A stretch of DNA of 64,000 nt from Minisyncoccota bacterium (GTDB lineage: Bacteria; Patescibacteriota; Minisyncoccia; Phycocordibacterales; UBA9973): contig JAGOSH010000001.1 of the NCBI GenBank assembly GCA_018062425.1, positions 16,039 to 80,038 of the forward strand, written 5' to 3'. Below are positions 27,578 to 36,061 of the stretch, in pieces. Within the stretch, counting starts at the first letter, position 1. The number at the start of each line of letters is the position of its first letter. The notes beneath the pieces are model-generated. The model ran no database searches, was not told where the DNA came from, and saw only the letters and a program-made list of their open reading frames with translations. Made by a program: the position numbers and the translations under genes.

Positions 27578-28675
27578 ATGAAACTAGAATGCAGTGTGGA
27601 GAAAATAAAAAATGCTATTTCGTTAACTGAACGGATAACCGGAGGAAACTTAACCCTACCTGTTTTAAATTCAATTCTTTTTATTGCTAGTGGTAAAACC
27701 TTAAAACTAAGATCAACAAACCTATCTTTAGGAATCGAAGTTGAGATACCAGCTAAAATAGAACAAGAGGGAATTGTTGCTGTTCCTGGTGTTGCTCTCT
27801 CAAATACTTTTTCTAACATTATGGGCACCGACAGCGTTGTTTTAGAAGGGGATAATGGTAATCTGACTGTTAAAACCAAAAAAAGTAAAATGCGGTTTAA
27901 AGGATCAGCTCACGAGGATTTCCCAACAATTCCTTTGGTTGATGGTGATAGTTTTGAAATAGAAGGTAAAAAATTAGTAGAAGGTATTAAGTCTGTTTAT
28001 TACAGTTCTTCGTTGACTGACATAAAACCAGAAATATCTAGTGTTTATATTTATAAAGATGAAAACAACCTAGTTTTCGTTTCCACAGATTCTTTTCGAT
28101 TAGCTGAAAAGAAAATAAAGATCAAAAAAGATTTTGATCTACCTGGGATATTAATACCATACAAAAACATACCAGAGATTATAAGAATTTTTTCTGAGGT
28201 TGGTGGAGATATTCTTGTTAATTTTAATAAAAACCAAATATCCTTCTCAGCTTCCAGTGTTTACTTAACCTCGAGGGTGGTAAATGGTGTTTTTCCTGAT
28301 TATCGACAAATTATTCCAAAGAGTTTTACTACCGAAGCCGTGTTACTTAAACAAGACTTGTTAAACGCTTTAAAACTATCAAATACATTTTCTGATAAAT
28401 TCAACCAATTAAATTTAAAAATAAACACAAAAGATAAGTCTTTTGAGTTAGATTCAGAAAACACCAATATTGGAGAAAATAAGACCCAAATTGACGCAGC
28501 TTTGTCCGGAGTGGATGTAGAGCTCAGTTTTAATTATAAATACTTCCTAGACTGCTTCTCGTCGCTTACAACAGATAGTGTTAGTATTCGTCTAAACGAC
28601 GGAGGGAAGCCAATAGTAATCCAACCTATCTCAGACACTTCTTTTACTTATTTAATAATGCCAATGAATAAATGA
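27578..28675 (+). CDS. dnaN: DNA polymerase III beta subunit (sliding clamp)
   Basis: Immediately downstream of dnaA, ~365 aa with the three-domain clamp pattern, starting MKLECSVEKIKNAIS. Confidence 0.9.
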   Translation: MKLECSVEKIKNAISLTERITGGNLTLPVLNSILFIASGKTLKLRSTNLSLGIEVEIPAKIEQEGIVAVPGVALSNTFSNIMGTDSVVLEGDNGNLTVKTKKSKMRFKGSAHEDFPTIPLVDGDSFEIEGKKLVEGIKSVYYSSSLTDIKPEISSVYIYKDENNLVFVSTDSFRLAEKKIKIKKDFDLPGILIPYKNIPEIIRIFSEVGGDILVNFNKNQISFSASSVYLTSRVVNGVFPDYRQIIPKSFTTEAVLLKQDLLNALKLSNTFSDKFNQLNLKINTKDKSFELDSENTNIGENKTQIDAALSGVDVELSFNYKYFLDCFSSLTTDSVSIRLNDGGKPIVIQPISDTSFTYLIMPMNK

Positions 28676-28923
28676 TAGAAATCAAAGATTTACTATCTAG
28701 ATTCGAAAAAATACTCGGACACGAGGTGGTAAAAATTGGTCTAATTCAAGATACAATCAAGGATTTTGTAGGAATAGATATAGCTAAAGATAATATTAAA
28801 ATTAAAAGTACAACTTTAGTTTTAAACATAAAGCCGATCTATAAAAATGAGATACTTTTAAAAAAAGATTTAATCTTAGAAAGTTTTGAAAAACACGGTT
28901 TAAAAATAAAGGAAATACGTTAG
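28672..28923 (+). CDS. small hypothetical protein downstream of dnaN (possibly DUF721-like)
   Basis: An ATGA start/stop overlap with dnaN; 83 aa with no clear motif. Confidence 0.4.
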   Translation: MIEIKDLLSRFEKILGHEVVKIGLIQDTIKDFVGIDIAKDNIKIKSTTLVLNIKPIYKNEILLKKDLILESFEKHGLKIKEIR

Positions 28924-31478
28924 TTTTTTATTTTTAAAACAGAAGTCAACTCAATTTTATTAAACGCAGAGTCATAAGCAATAACTCGAAGTTCGTTTTC
29001 GTTACGTAGGTTTTCTAACTCACCAGGAATAAAAGAAAAGTTCGCCGATTTAGAATTACCAATATAAACACCATTAATAAACACATCAATTCCTTTTATT
29101 GGGAAAGAACTGTTACCTGAAACAGAAACATTTACCACTTCTTCTGGTGAATAGGTTTTATTTGGGTCAGGTTCAACTAGGTTTATGTTTAACGATGATT
29201 GCTCAGTGTGAATATTGTCGTAAAAATTAGGTTTACTGTTGTAGGAAATAGTAGGGTATTTGTAAGAATTTTGAGACCACCAATTTAGAATAGGTGTTTC
29301 CCAGTTGTTGTACTGATTGTTTTTCTCCGGGTTACTTGGTGATGGTCCGGTTATGTTGTTTCGATCTACCCAGTGAAGTATTGTGTGAACATTGGTTATG
29401 ATTTTCTCTTGTCTGGTTTCTTTTGGGGTGAAAGGTGTTGCGAGTCCTCCTGAAACACTATCAATAAAGAAGTTTTCATTACCTTGCCAGTAACCACGAA
29501 GAGCTGGTTTTATATTTTCTGGATCAGTATATAAATCAGGATTTTCAAAATTTTCTTTAGGAATTTTGGTTAAAGCAAAATTCATAAATTTATTCCAGAT
29601 TGGTCCAGCCAAAGCCGATCCTCCTTTTTTCATAGGTTTATTATCGTTATTTCCAGCCCAGACACCAACCACAATATTTGGACTATAACCAACCAACCAA
29701 GCGTCTTTGTTGTTGTTGGTGGTACCAGTTTTTGCAGCAACATCGAAACCAGGAATGTTTAAACTGGAATTGGCTCCGAAAGTTGGAATTCTAGATTGAT
29801 TGTCCGACAAAATATCAGAAATAATTAGAGCAGTATTTTTAGATAAAACTTCTTTTTGATTAGGAATGTATTCTTCAAGAGTGCTTCCGTTCATGTCTTC
29901 TACTTTTAAAACCCCAGCTGTTTTGTTTTTTACTCCATTGTCTGCAAAAACACCATAGGCTGAAGTTATTTCGAGTAGGGTTACTTCACCGCCTCCGATT
30001 ACCAGGGTTAAACCATAACGTCCTATGTCAGAGAGGGTAGTGATACCCATCTCCTCAGCTGTTTTTAGCGAATCTTGTAATCCAGATAAGTAAAACAATT
30101 TAACCGCAGGTATGTTTATAGATTGAGCTAGAGCTTCGCGTAGACTCAGTGGGCCACGGAACTTACCATCATAGTTATCCGGCATATAACATTCGCTTTG
30201 TTTGTGTCCAGCCAAGGCTTTACCATACGCGTTACAAGTAGTTTGAAACTCTGTAGGAAGATCAAACAAGACTGTTTCTGGAGTGAAGCCTTTATTAAAA
30301 GCGGTCGCATAAATAAATGGTTTGAAAGAAGAACCCGGTTGTCTTTTAGCTAAAGCCACATTGAAATTACCATCAATCGCAGTGTCGAAGTAATCTCTAG
30401 ACCCAACCATAGAGAGTATTTGGCCTGTTTTAGGGTCGATAGCAACCAAAGCAGCATTGCTTCCATTAAAAGACTTTTCGTTCTGTAGAGCGCCTTCTAA
30501 CACTGCTTTCTCAGCTTGTTCTTGTAGGGTGTAGTCTAAAGTTGTGGTTACTTTCAGTCCACCGCTTTCTACTATCTCCCCACCATATTTTTCCTCTAAA
30601 TAATCTTTGATATAAAAAACAAAATGTGGCGCCCGAATTCCAGATACGGCTTTTGGTAGAAAAACCACCACTTCAGCTTTTGCTGTTTCATATTCAGTTT
30701 CAGTTATAAAACCAAGCTCTTTCATTCTAGATAAAACCAAATTTTTACGAGAATCTAGTCTAGCTTTATTTTTTCCATAAGGAGAATAGGTTGTTGGAGA
30801 TTGTGGAATAGCAGCCAAGTAAGCAGCTTCAGCTAATGTTAAATCATAAGCATTTTTACCAAAGTATGTTTTAGTAGCTTCTTGGATACCGTAGATGGTT
30901 CCACCATAAGGTACTTCGTTTAAATAAAGTTCCAGAATTTTGTCTTTAGTTAGAACCCGCTCCATTTTGATAGCCAAAACCCATTCTTTTATTTTTCTGG
31001 TGTAAGTTTTCTTTTGCACTAATAAAGTATTTTTTACTAACTGTTGGGTTATGGTTGAGCCACCACCACCAATACCAATATTGGTTACGTTTGAGAACAA
31101 AGCTCTGAGTATTGATTTGGGACGAACCCCGATGTGGTTATAAAACTCAGAGTCTTCGATCGCGATAGTGGCGTTTTTGATATTTGGCCCCATGTCTTCA
31201 AATGGAATACTGGTACGCTTTATGTCCTCATGAATGTCATAGAGCAATACTTCACCAGTACGGTCGAATATTTTAGTTGAGTTGGCAACCTTACGGTCGT
31301 TAAAGGCATTAAAATCTGGAATCTTAAGAGAAGCAATCCAGACAAAGATACCAGCGGACACTAATATGAAAATACCAGCAAAAAGCATCAACCAATCACG
31401 ATTTGGTTTGATTTTTTGGACCTTTTTATATAACCTCTTGGCCTTCCTAAGGAATCTTTTTAGATATAAAAGCACCAC
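28920..31478 (-). CDS. class A penicillin-binding protein (transglycosylase + transpeptidase), PBP1A-like
   Basis: N-terminal TM helix, the GT51 motif IAIEDSEFYNHIGV, and the transpeptidase motifs SSFKP (SxxK) and KTGTT (KTG). There is a long C-terminal extension. Confidence 0.85.
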   Translation of the reverse strand: MVLLYLKRFLRKAKRLYKKVQKIKPNRDWLMLFAGIFILVSAGIFVWIASLKIPDFNAFNDRKVANSTKIFDRTGEVLLYDIHEDIKRTSIPFEDMGPNIKNATIAIEDSEFYNHIGVRPKSILRALFSNVTNIGIGGGGSTITQQLVKNTLLVQKKTYTRKIKEWVLAIKMERVLTKDKILELYLNEVPYGGTIYGIQEATKTYFGKNAYDLTLAEAAYLAAIPQSPTTYSPYGKNKARLDSRKNLVLSRMKELGFITETEYETAKAEVVVFLPKAVSGIRAPHFVFYIKDYLEEKYGGEIVESGGLKVTTTLDYTLQEQAEKAVLEGALQNEKSFNGSNAALVAIDPKTGQILSMVGSRDYFDTAIDGNFNVALAKRQPGSSFKPFIYATAFNKGFTPETVLFDLPTEFQTTCNAYGKALAGHKQSECYMPDNYDGKFRGPLSLREALAQSINIPAVKLFYLSGLQDSLKTAEEMGITTLSDIGRYGLTLVIGGGEVTLLEITSAYGVFADNGVKNKTAGVLKVEDMNGSTLEEYIPNQKEVLSKNTALIISDILSDNQSRIPTFGANSSLNIPGFDVAAKTGTTNNNKDAWLVGYSPNIVVGVWAGNNDNKPMKKGGSALAGPIWNKFMNFALTKIPKENFENPDLYTDPENIKPALRGYWQGNENFFIDSVSGGLATPFTPKETRQEKIITNVHTILHWVDRNNITGPSPSNPEKNNQYNNWETPILNWWSQNSYKYPTISYNSKPNFYDNIHTEQSSLNINLVEPDPNKTYSPEEVVNVSVSGNSSFPIKGIDVFINGVYIGNSKSANFSFIPGELENLRNENELRVIAYDSAFNKIELTSVLKIKN

Positions 31479-31514
31479 CCTATTTTACCTCGAAATCGTG
31501 TTATAATCCATACC

Positions 31515-32705
31515 ATGAAGATAATTACAGATGAAAAGAAAGTGGATGAAGTTTTAACCCGCGGGGTCCACGATGTATTTACAAAAGAAGAATTGAAAAA
31601 GCAAATGATGAGTGGTAAGCAGTTGCACATAAAACTAGGGACCGACGTAACTGGTTCTTTTTTGCACCTAGGACACTCTGTTATACACCGCAAACTTAGA
31701 GATTTTCAAGAATTAGGCCACAAGGTAACTTTGATTATTGGAGATTTCACCACTTTAGTTGGAGACCACTCAGATAAGGTTGATATGCGATCTGAGACCA
31801 ATAAAAAAGAAATAAAAGAACTCGAGAAGGGGTATCAAAAACAATTTTTCAAAACTGTAAAAGAAAAACAAACAACAGTCAGACACAACTCTGAGTGGTT
31901 AAAAGATTTAAACTTCAACGATGTGATACACCTCTCCAAACAATTCACGGTTTCTCAAATGCTTGATCGTGAAGCTTTTATGATTCGTTATAAAAACGGT
32001 AAACCAATTGGATTGGATGAATTTATGTATCCACTAATGCAGGGTTATGATTCAGTAGCGCTCAAATGCGACGTAGAACTCGGTGGTACAGATCAAACTT
32101 TTAACCTACTAGCCGGTAGGCACCTAATGCCAGTGTTTGGGCAAAAACCACAATGTGCTATTGCGATGAAGTTGCTCTTGGGTTCTGATGGAAGACCAAT
32201 GGGTAAAAGTCTAAAAAACTTTATTTCGATTGCAGAAGAACCAAACAATATGTATGGAAACATTATGTCTATAGTAGACGATGTTATTTTTGATTATTTT
32301 GAATTAGTAACTCGTGTACCAATGGAAGAAATAGCTCAAATGAAAACTAGGGTTAAAAAAGGAGAAAACCCAATGATCTTTAAAAAGATTTTAGCCAAAG
32401 AAGTTGTAACTTTTTATCATGGAGATAAAAAAGCCCAAGAAGCCGAAGAAGCATTTTCTAAAACCTTCCAAAAAGGAGAGATCCCAGAAGAAATGGAACA
32501 AGTGAAGTTCAAAGAGGGGGAGAGTTTAGCTGATGCTTTGGTCCAATCCAAAGTAATCAAATCTAAAAGTGATTGGAGGAGGTTGGTAGATGAGGGTGCG
32601 GTTTCCGAGTTGATCACCAATACCAAAATAACTGACCCACGTTTTATTCCTAAAAAAGGACAAAAGTTTAAAATAGGAAAGAAGCGATTTGTTGAAATAA
32701 TGTAG
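31515..32705 (+). CDS. tyrS: tyrosyl-tRNA synthetase
   Basis: The class I HIGH motif HLGH within GTDVTGSFLHLGHSV, a KMSKS-like GKSLKN, and a C-terminal S4-like domain. Confidence 0.8.
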   Translation: MKIITDEKKVDEVLTRGVHDVFTKEELKKQMMSGKQLHIKLGTDVTGSFLHLGHSVIHRKLRDFQELGHKVTLIIGDFTTLVGDHSDKVDMRSETNKKEIKELEKGYQKQFFKTVKEKQTTVRHNSEWLKDLNFNDVIHLSKQFTVSQMLDREAFMIRYKNGKPIGLDEFMYPLMQGYDSVALKCDVELGGTDQTFNLLAGRHLMPVFGQKPQCAIAMKLLLGSDGRPMGKSLKNFISIAEEPNNMYGNIMSIVDDVIFDYFELVTRVPMEEIAQMKTRVKKGENPMIFKKILAKEVVTFYHGDKKAQEAEEAFSKTFQKGEIPEEMEQVKFKEGESLADALVQSKVIKSKSDWRRLVDEGAVSELITNTKITDPRFIPKKGQKFKIGKKRFVEIM

Positions 32706-32711
32706 AAACTT

Positions 32712-32740
32712 AAAAAACCCAGCATGCGCTGGGTTTTTTA
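32712..32740. terminator. intrinsic terminator after tyrS
   Basis: AAAAAA-CCCAGC-atgc-GCTGGG-TTTTTTAAG. Confidence 0.7.
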
Positions 32741-32757
32741 AGTTTCTAGTGTTTATC

Positions 32758-32931
32758 TAGTATGCTTCTTCCTCTTCTGCTCCACCAAAAACAAAAGCAT
32801 CACTGGAATCAACATCATCTAGTAAATCTAAATCATCTAAGCCTGGTTCTTTGTCTAGATTTGGTTCCTTCTCTTCTCCACCAAACCCATCACCCCCACC
32901 AACTAAATCATTGTTTTCGTCGTAACTCATT
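32758..32931 (-). CDS. possible small acidic protein (57 aa, D/E/G-rich)
   Basis: Hand translation of the minus strand gives MSYDENNDLVGGGDGFGGEEKEPNLDKEPGLDDLDLLDDVDSSDAFVFGGAEEEEAY. It is below the ORF-track size cut-off and sits downstream of ruvC. Confidence 0.2.
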
Positions 32932-33016
32932 TGCAAAAAATTGAATAAAATTTTTAGCGACCTTTTAACTTGAGTAAAAAGTATCAGAATCTAAATTCCA
33001 AAGCAAGGCATCAAAT

Positions 33017-33508
33017 CTAAATCTGTGGAAAACTATTTTTTAAATGCGCAAATCCGGTTAGGGCGATAGCAATAGCATCAAGTTCATCATCAGATTTTTT
33101 ATTCTGGTCTATGTCTACAAGCATTCGCACCATTTTCAAAACATCCTTTTTGTCTGCTCTGCCGTAGCCAGTAGTAGCTATTTTTACTTGTAGTGGTGTA
33201 GCTTCAAAAATTTTTAACTCGGCACTAATAGCCTCGTACATTATTACTCCTCGCGCTTCAGATACATACATGACCGTCTTCTGGTTTGTGGTCATAAAAA
33301 GTGTTTCAATAGCTAGTACTTCAGGTTTGTGTTCTTTTATTACTTTTTTTACTTTTTGCCCAAGCAGTAACAATCTTTCAGGAAAGGGGAGTTTAGCACT
33401 GGTGTTGAAGCACTCAGAGTAGACAACTACTTCTTTGCCAGTTTTGCCTTTTTCTAAAATAGCTATTCCAAGCCTCTCATATCCAGGATCAATTCCTAAT
33501 ATTTTCAT
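33017..33508 (-). CDS. ruvC: crossover junction endodeoxyribonuclease RuvC
   Basis: MKILGIDPGYERLGIAILE. The start is trimmed to that internal ATG, which leaves a 7-bp gap to yebC instead of an overlap. Confidence 0.85.
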   Translation of the reverse strand: MKILGIDPGYERLGIAILEKGKTGKEVVVYSECFNTSAKLPFPERLLLLGQKVKKVIKEHKPEVLAIETLFMTTNQKTVMYVSEARGVIMYEAISAELKIFEATPLQVKIATTGYGRADKKDVLKMVRMLVDIDQNKKSDDELDAIAIALTGFAHLKNSFPQI

Positions 33509-33515
33509 GTTTTTA

Positions 33516-34055
33516 TTATTCCGCATTAGTAAACACATCCTGCACGTCGTCGTTGTTTTCTAGGTCTTCTACAAGTTTGTCTAAGAGTGCCAAATCTTCA
33601 TCTGAGGCTTCAATTGTTGTGGTTGGTATCCAAACCAATCCTTCTTCTGGGGTAATCTTTTTTTCAAAAGCCCAAGATACCGAACCGATGCCCGCAAAAG
33701 CTGTACCATTTTCGGCGAGGATGTGTTTCACATCTTGTGCGGTTCTGTTTTTGCTGTCAGTTAGTGTTTCAATAATTATCCCAACACCCCCTGGGCCATA
33801 TGCCTCATACATAATGTTTTCCATTACTACGTTTGAATCAGAAGCTTTCTTCAGCGCACGTTCAATGATGTCTTTAGGCATATTCACTTTCTTGGCTTTT
33901 TCTATTGCGCTACGTAGTCCAGGGGAGTCTTTGCCACCAGAAAGTTTGGCTTCTACAGAAATAAACCTAGCTAATTTAGAAAAGATCTTACTTTTCTTAC
34001 CGTCAGTAATTTCTTTCTTGTGTTTAATTTGTGACCACTTATTATGTCCTGCCAT
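33516..34055 (-). CDS. yebC: YebC/PmpR-family transcriptional regulator
   Basis: MAGHNKWSQIKHKK at the N-terminus. Confidence 0.85.
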   Translation of the reverse strand: MAGHNKWSQIKHKKEITDGKKSKIFSKLARFISVEAKLSGGKDSPGLRSAIEKAKKVNMPKDIIERALKKASDSNVVMENIMYEAYGPGGVGIIIETLTDSKNRTAQDVKHILAENGTAFAGIGSVSWAFEKKITPEEGLVWIPTTTIEASDEDLALLDKLVEDLENNDDVQDVFTNAE

Positions 34056-34060
34056 AATTG

Positions 34061-35071
34061 TTAAATTAATTTAGATTGTTTTTCTTCTGGTACATCGAAT
34101 CCTAAATGCTCATACGCTTTCGTGGTAGCCATACGACCTCGCGCGGTGCGTTCCAAGAGTCCTAGTTGGAGTAGATAGGGCTCTATTACTTCTTCGACTG
34201 TGGCTTCTTCTTCGCTCATAGCAGCAGCAATAGTGCCCAGGCCTACCGGGCCACCGTTGAATTTTTCAATCACTATCTCCAAAAACTTTCGATCAGACTG
34301 GTTTAAACCCAGTTCGTCTATGGCTAGCATGTTCAGAGCTTCGCGAGTTGTCTTTTGATTCAGTTCCTGTTTGTTAACTTGGGCGAAATCCCGTACGCGT
34401 TTCAGGAAGTAGTTTGCTGTGCGGGGAGTGTATCTGCTTCTTTTTGCTATTTCTTCGAGAGCACCATCATCGAGCACTGTGTCTAGTAGTTTACTAGAAC
34501 GTTCTACTATTTTTTTAATTTCATCGTTGGAATAAAATTCCAGTCGGAATACTCCACCGGAGAATCGGGATCGAAGGGGAGAGGAGACCAAGGCTACGCG
34601 GGTAGTGGCTGCAATCATAGTAAATGGTGGCAGGTCGAGCTGAATAGTGCGCGCAGATGGACCTTTACCAATGATGATGTCGAGCACACCGGACTCCATA
34701 GCAGGGTAAAGTATTTCTTCTACCATTTTGTTAAGCCTGTGGATTTCGTCAATAAAGAGAATGTCCCCAGCAGAGAGGTTTGTGAGTATTGAAGCTAAGT
34801 CACCAACCTTTTCTATGGCTGGCCCAGAAGTTATTTTCATCTGTCGTCCAGTTTCTTTGGCGATTAAGTGGGCGAGGGTGGTTTTGCCTAGTCCTGGGGG
34901 GCCATAAAAAAGGATATGCTCTGGTATATGTCCACGTTCTTCAGCAGCCTTGAGTAGGATTTTGACGTTGTCTTTTATGTGTTTTTGGCCAATGTACTCA
35001 TCCCAAGCCTTGGGGCGCAAGGTTTGGTCTAAGACCCCTTCTTCATTTTTCTCGTTTGAGATACTTGACAT
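34061..35071 (-). CDS. ruvB: Holliday junction branch migration ATPase RuvB
   Basis: Walker A LFYGPPGLGKTTLA and an LFIDEIHRL-type box. Confidence 0.9.
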   Translation of the reverse strand: MSSISNEKNEEGVLDQTLRPKAWDEYIGQKHIKDNVKILLKAAEERGHIPEHILFYGPPGLGKTTLAHLIAKETGRQMKITSGPAIEKVGDLASILTNLSAGDILFIDEIHRLNKMVEEILYPAMESGVLDIIIGKGPSARTIQLDLPPFTMIAATTRVALVSSPLRSRFSGGVFRLEFYSNDEIKKIVERSSKLLDTVLDDGALEEIAKRSRYTPRTANYFLKRVRDFAQVNKQELNQKTTREALNMLAIDELGLNQSDRKFLEIVIEKFNGGPVGLGTIAAAMSEEEATVEEVIEPYLLQLGLLERTARGRMATTKAYEHLGFDVPEEKQSKLI

Positions 35072-35349
35072 TATTTTTTATATATGCTATATTACTGAAA
35101 GTTCACATTATTGACAGTTTATCAACAGTGCTGTCCACATTATAACATTTAGTAATATTTTTTAGGAGTTATAATGACGGCAGTTAAAGAGAGCTATAAT
35201 CTCTAAGCAATCAGCCATCGGTTATACAGTTTTGCGTAGGACGTTCTGGATATTTTTTAATTTTCTGGCACTATCCTTCAAGGAATTGTTACTTCCGGGA
35301 CAAAGTTCTGGAAGGATTGTTTAGAGATTAGGGCTCTTTTTTTGTTTAT

Positions 35350-35384
35350 AAATCCACCACTCATCCGGTGGATTTTATCGTTTT
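35350..35384 (+). terminator. intrinsic terminator hairpin in the long ruvB-LOG intergenic region
   Basis: AAATCCACC-actcatcc-GGTGGATTT followed by TATCGTTTT. The T-run is on the plus strand, although no annotated plus-strand gene precedes it. Confidence 0.45.
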
Positions 35385-35386
35385 AG

Positions 35387-36043
35387 CTATATTTTATATT
35401 TTTCGTAGTTTAAACAAAAATCTTTACCGCCAGCTTTGAAGCTCGCATAGGTGTCTTCAATAATCTTGACCGCGTCTTCAGGGTTCTTAACATGAAAAAC
35501 TAAATCATAATCAGCTTTGTCTAAATAATTCTTATCAAGAGGGTTTTCTTTTATCCAACGCAAAAGTCCTTCCCATTCGTCACCCATGAGTATTATGGGT
35601 ATGTTGCAAATATGGTGTACTTGCACAAGTTGCCAAGTATAAAAAAGTTCAAGCATGGTACCCAGGCCACCAGGAGCTACTACTACAGCGTTTGATAGAA
35701 GCATAAATTCATCGAGTCTTTTTGAAAAGCGATTAAACATTTCTTTATACTCAACCGAGTTGTTAAATTTTTGATGCCAAGGCAATTCAACCCCAATACC
35801 AATAGACACCGAATTATTTTTGGCTTTATTTTTTCCAACCATGTGTCCTTCGTTTCCAGCGTGCATAAGTCCTGGCCCGCCACCTGTTACAACATCAATA
35901 CCAAATTCACCCAGCATTTCTGCTAGACGCTTAACGTCATCATAAATAACATCACCTTGTTCGATGCGGGAACTGCCAAATATCGCTACTCTGAAATTAT
36001 TATCCGTTTTTTTCTTGAAAGCTCTAAAAATTCTGTTTTTCAT
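35387..36043 (-). CDS. LOG-family / TIGR00730 Rossmann-fold protein
   Basis: The motifs GGGPGLMHAGNEGH and PGGLGTMLELF. Confidence 0.8.
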   Translation of the reverse strand: MKNRIFRAFKKKTDNNFRVAIFGSSRIEQGDVIYDDVKRLAEMLGEFGIDVVTGGGPGLMHAGNEGHMVGKNKAKNNSVSIGIGVELPWHQKFNNSVEYKEMFNRFSKRLDEFMLLSNAVVVAPGGLGTMLELFYTWQLVQVHHICNIPIILMGDEWEGLLRWIKENPLDKNYLDKADYDLVFHVKNPEDAVKIIEDTYASFKAGGKDFCLNYEKYKI

Positions 36044-36061
36044 ATAGCTTCAACTATAAAG

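Noticed and set aside
32762-32944. A plus-strand 60-aa ORF (His/Gln-rich)
   Set aside because: The minus strand gives a more plausible acidic mini-protein over the same DNA. Neither is strongly supported, and the plus ORF has no start context.
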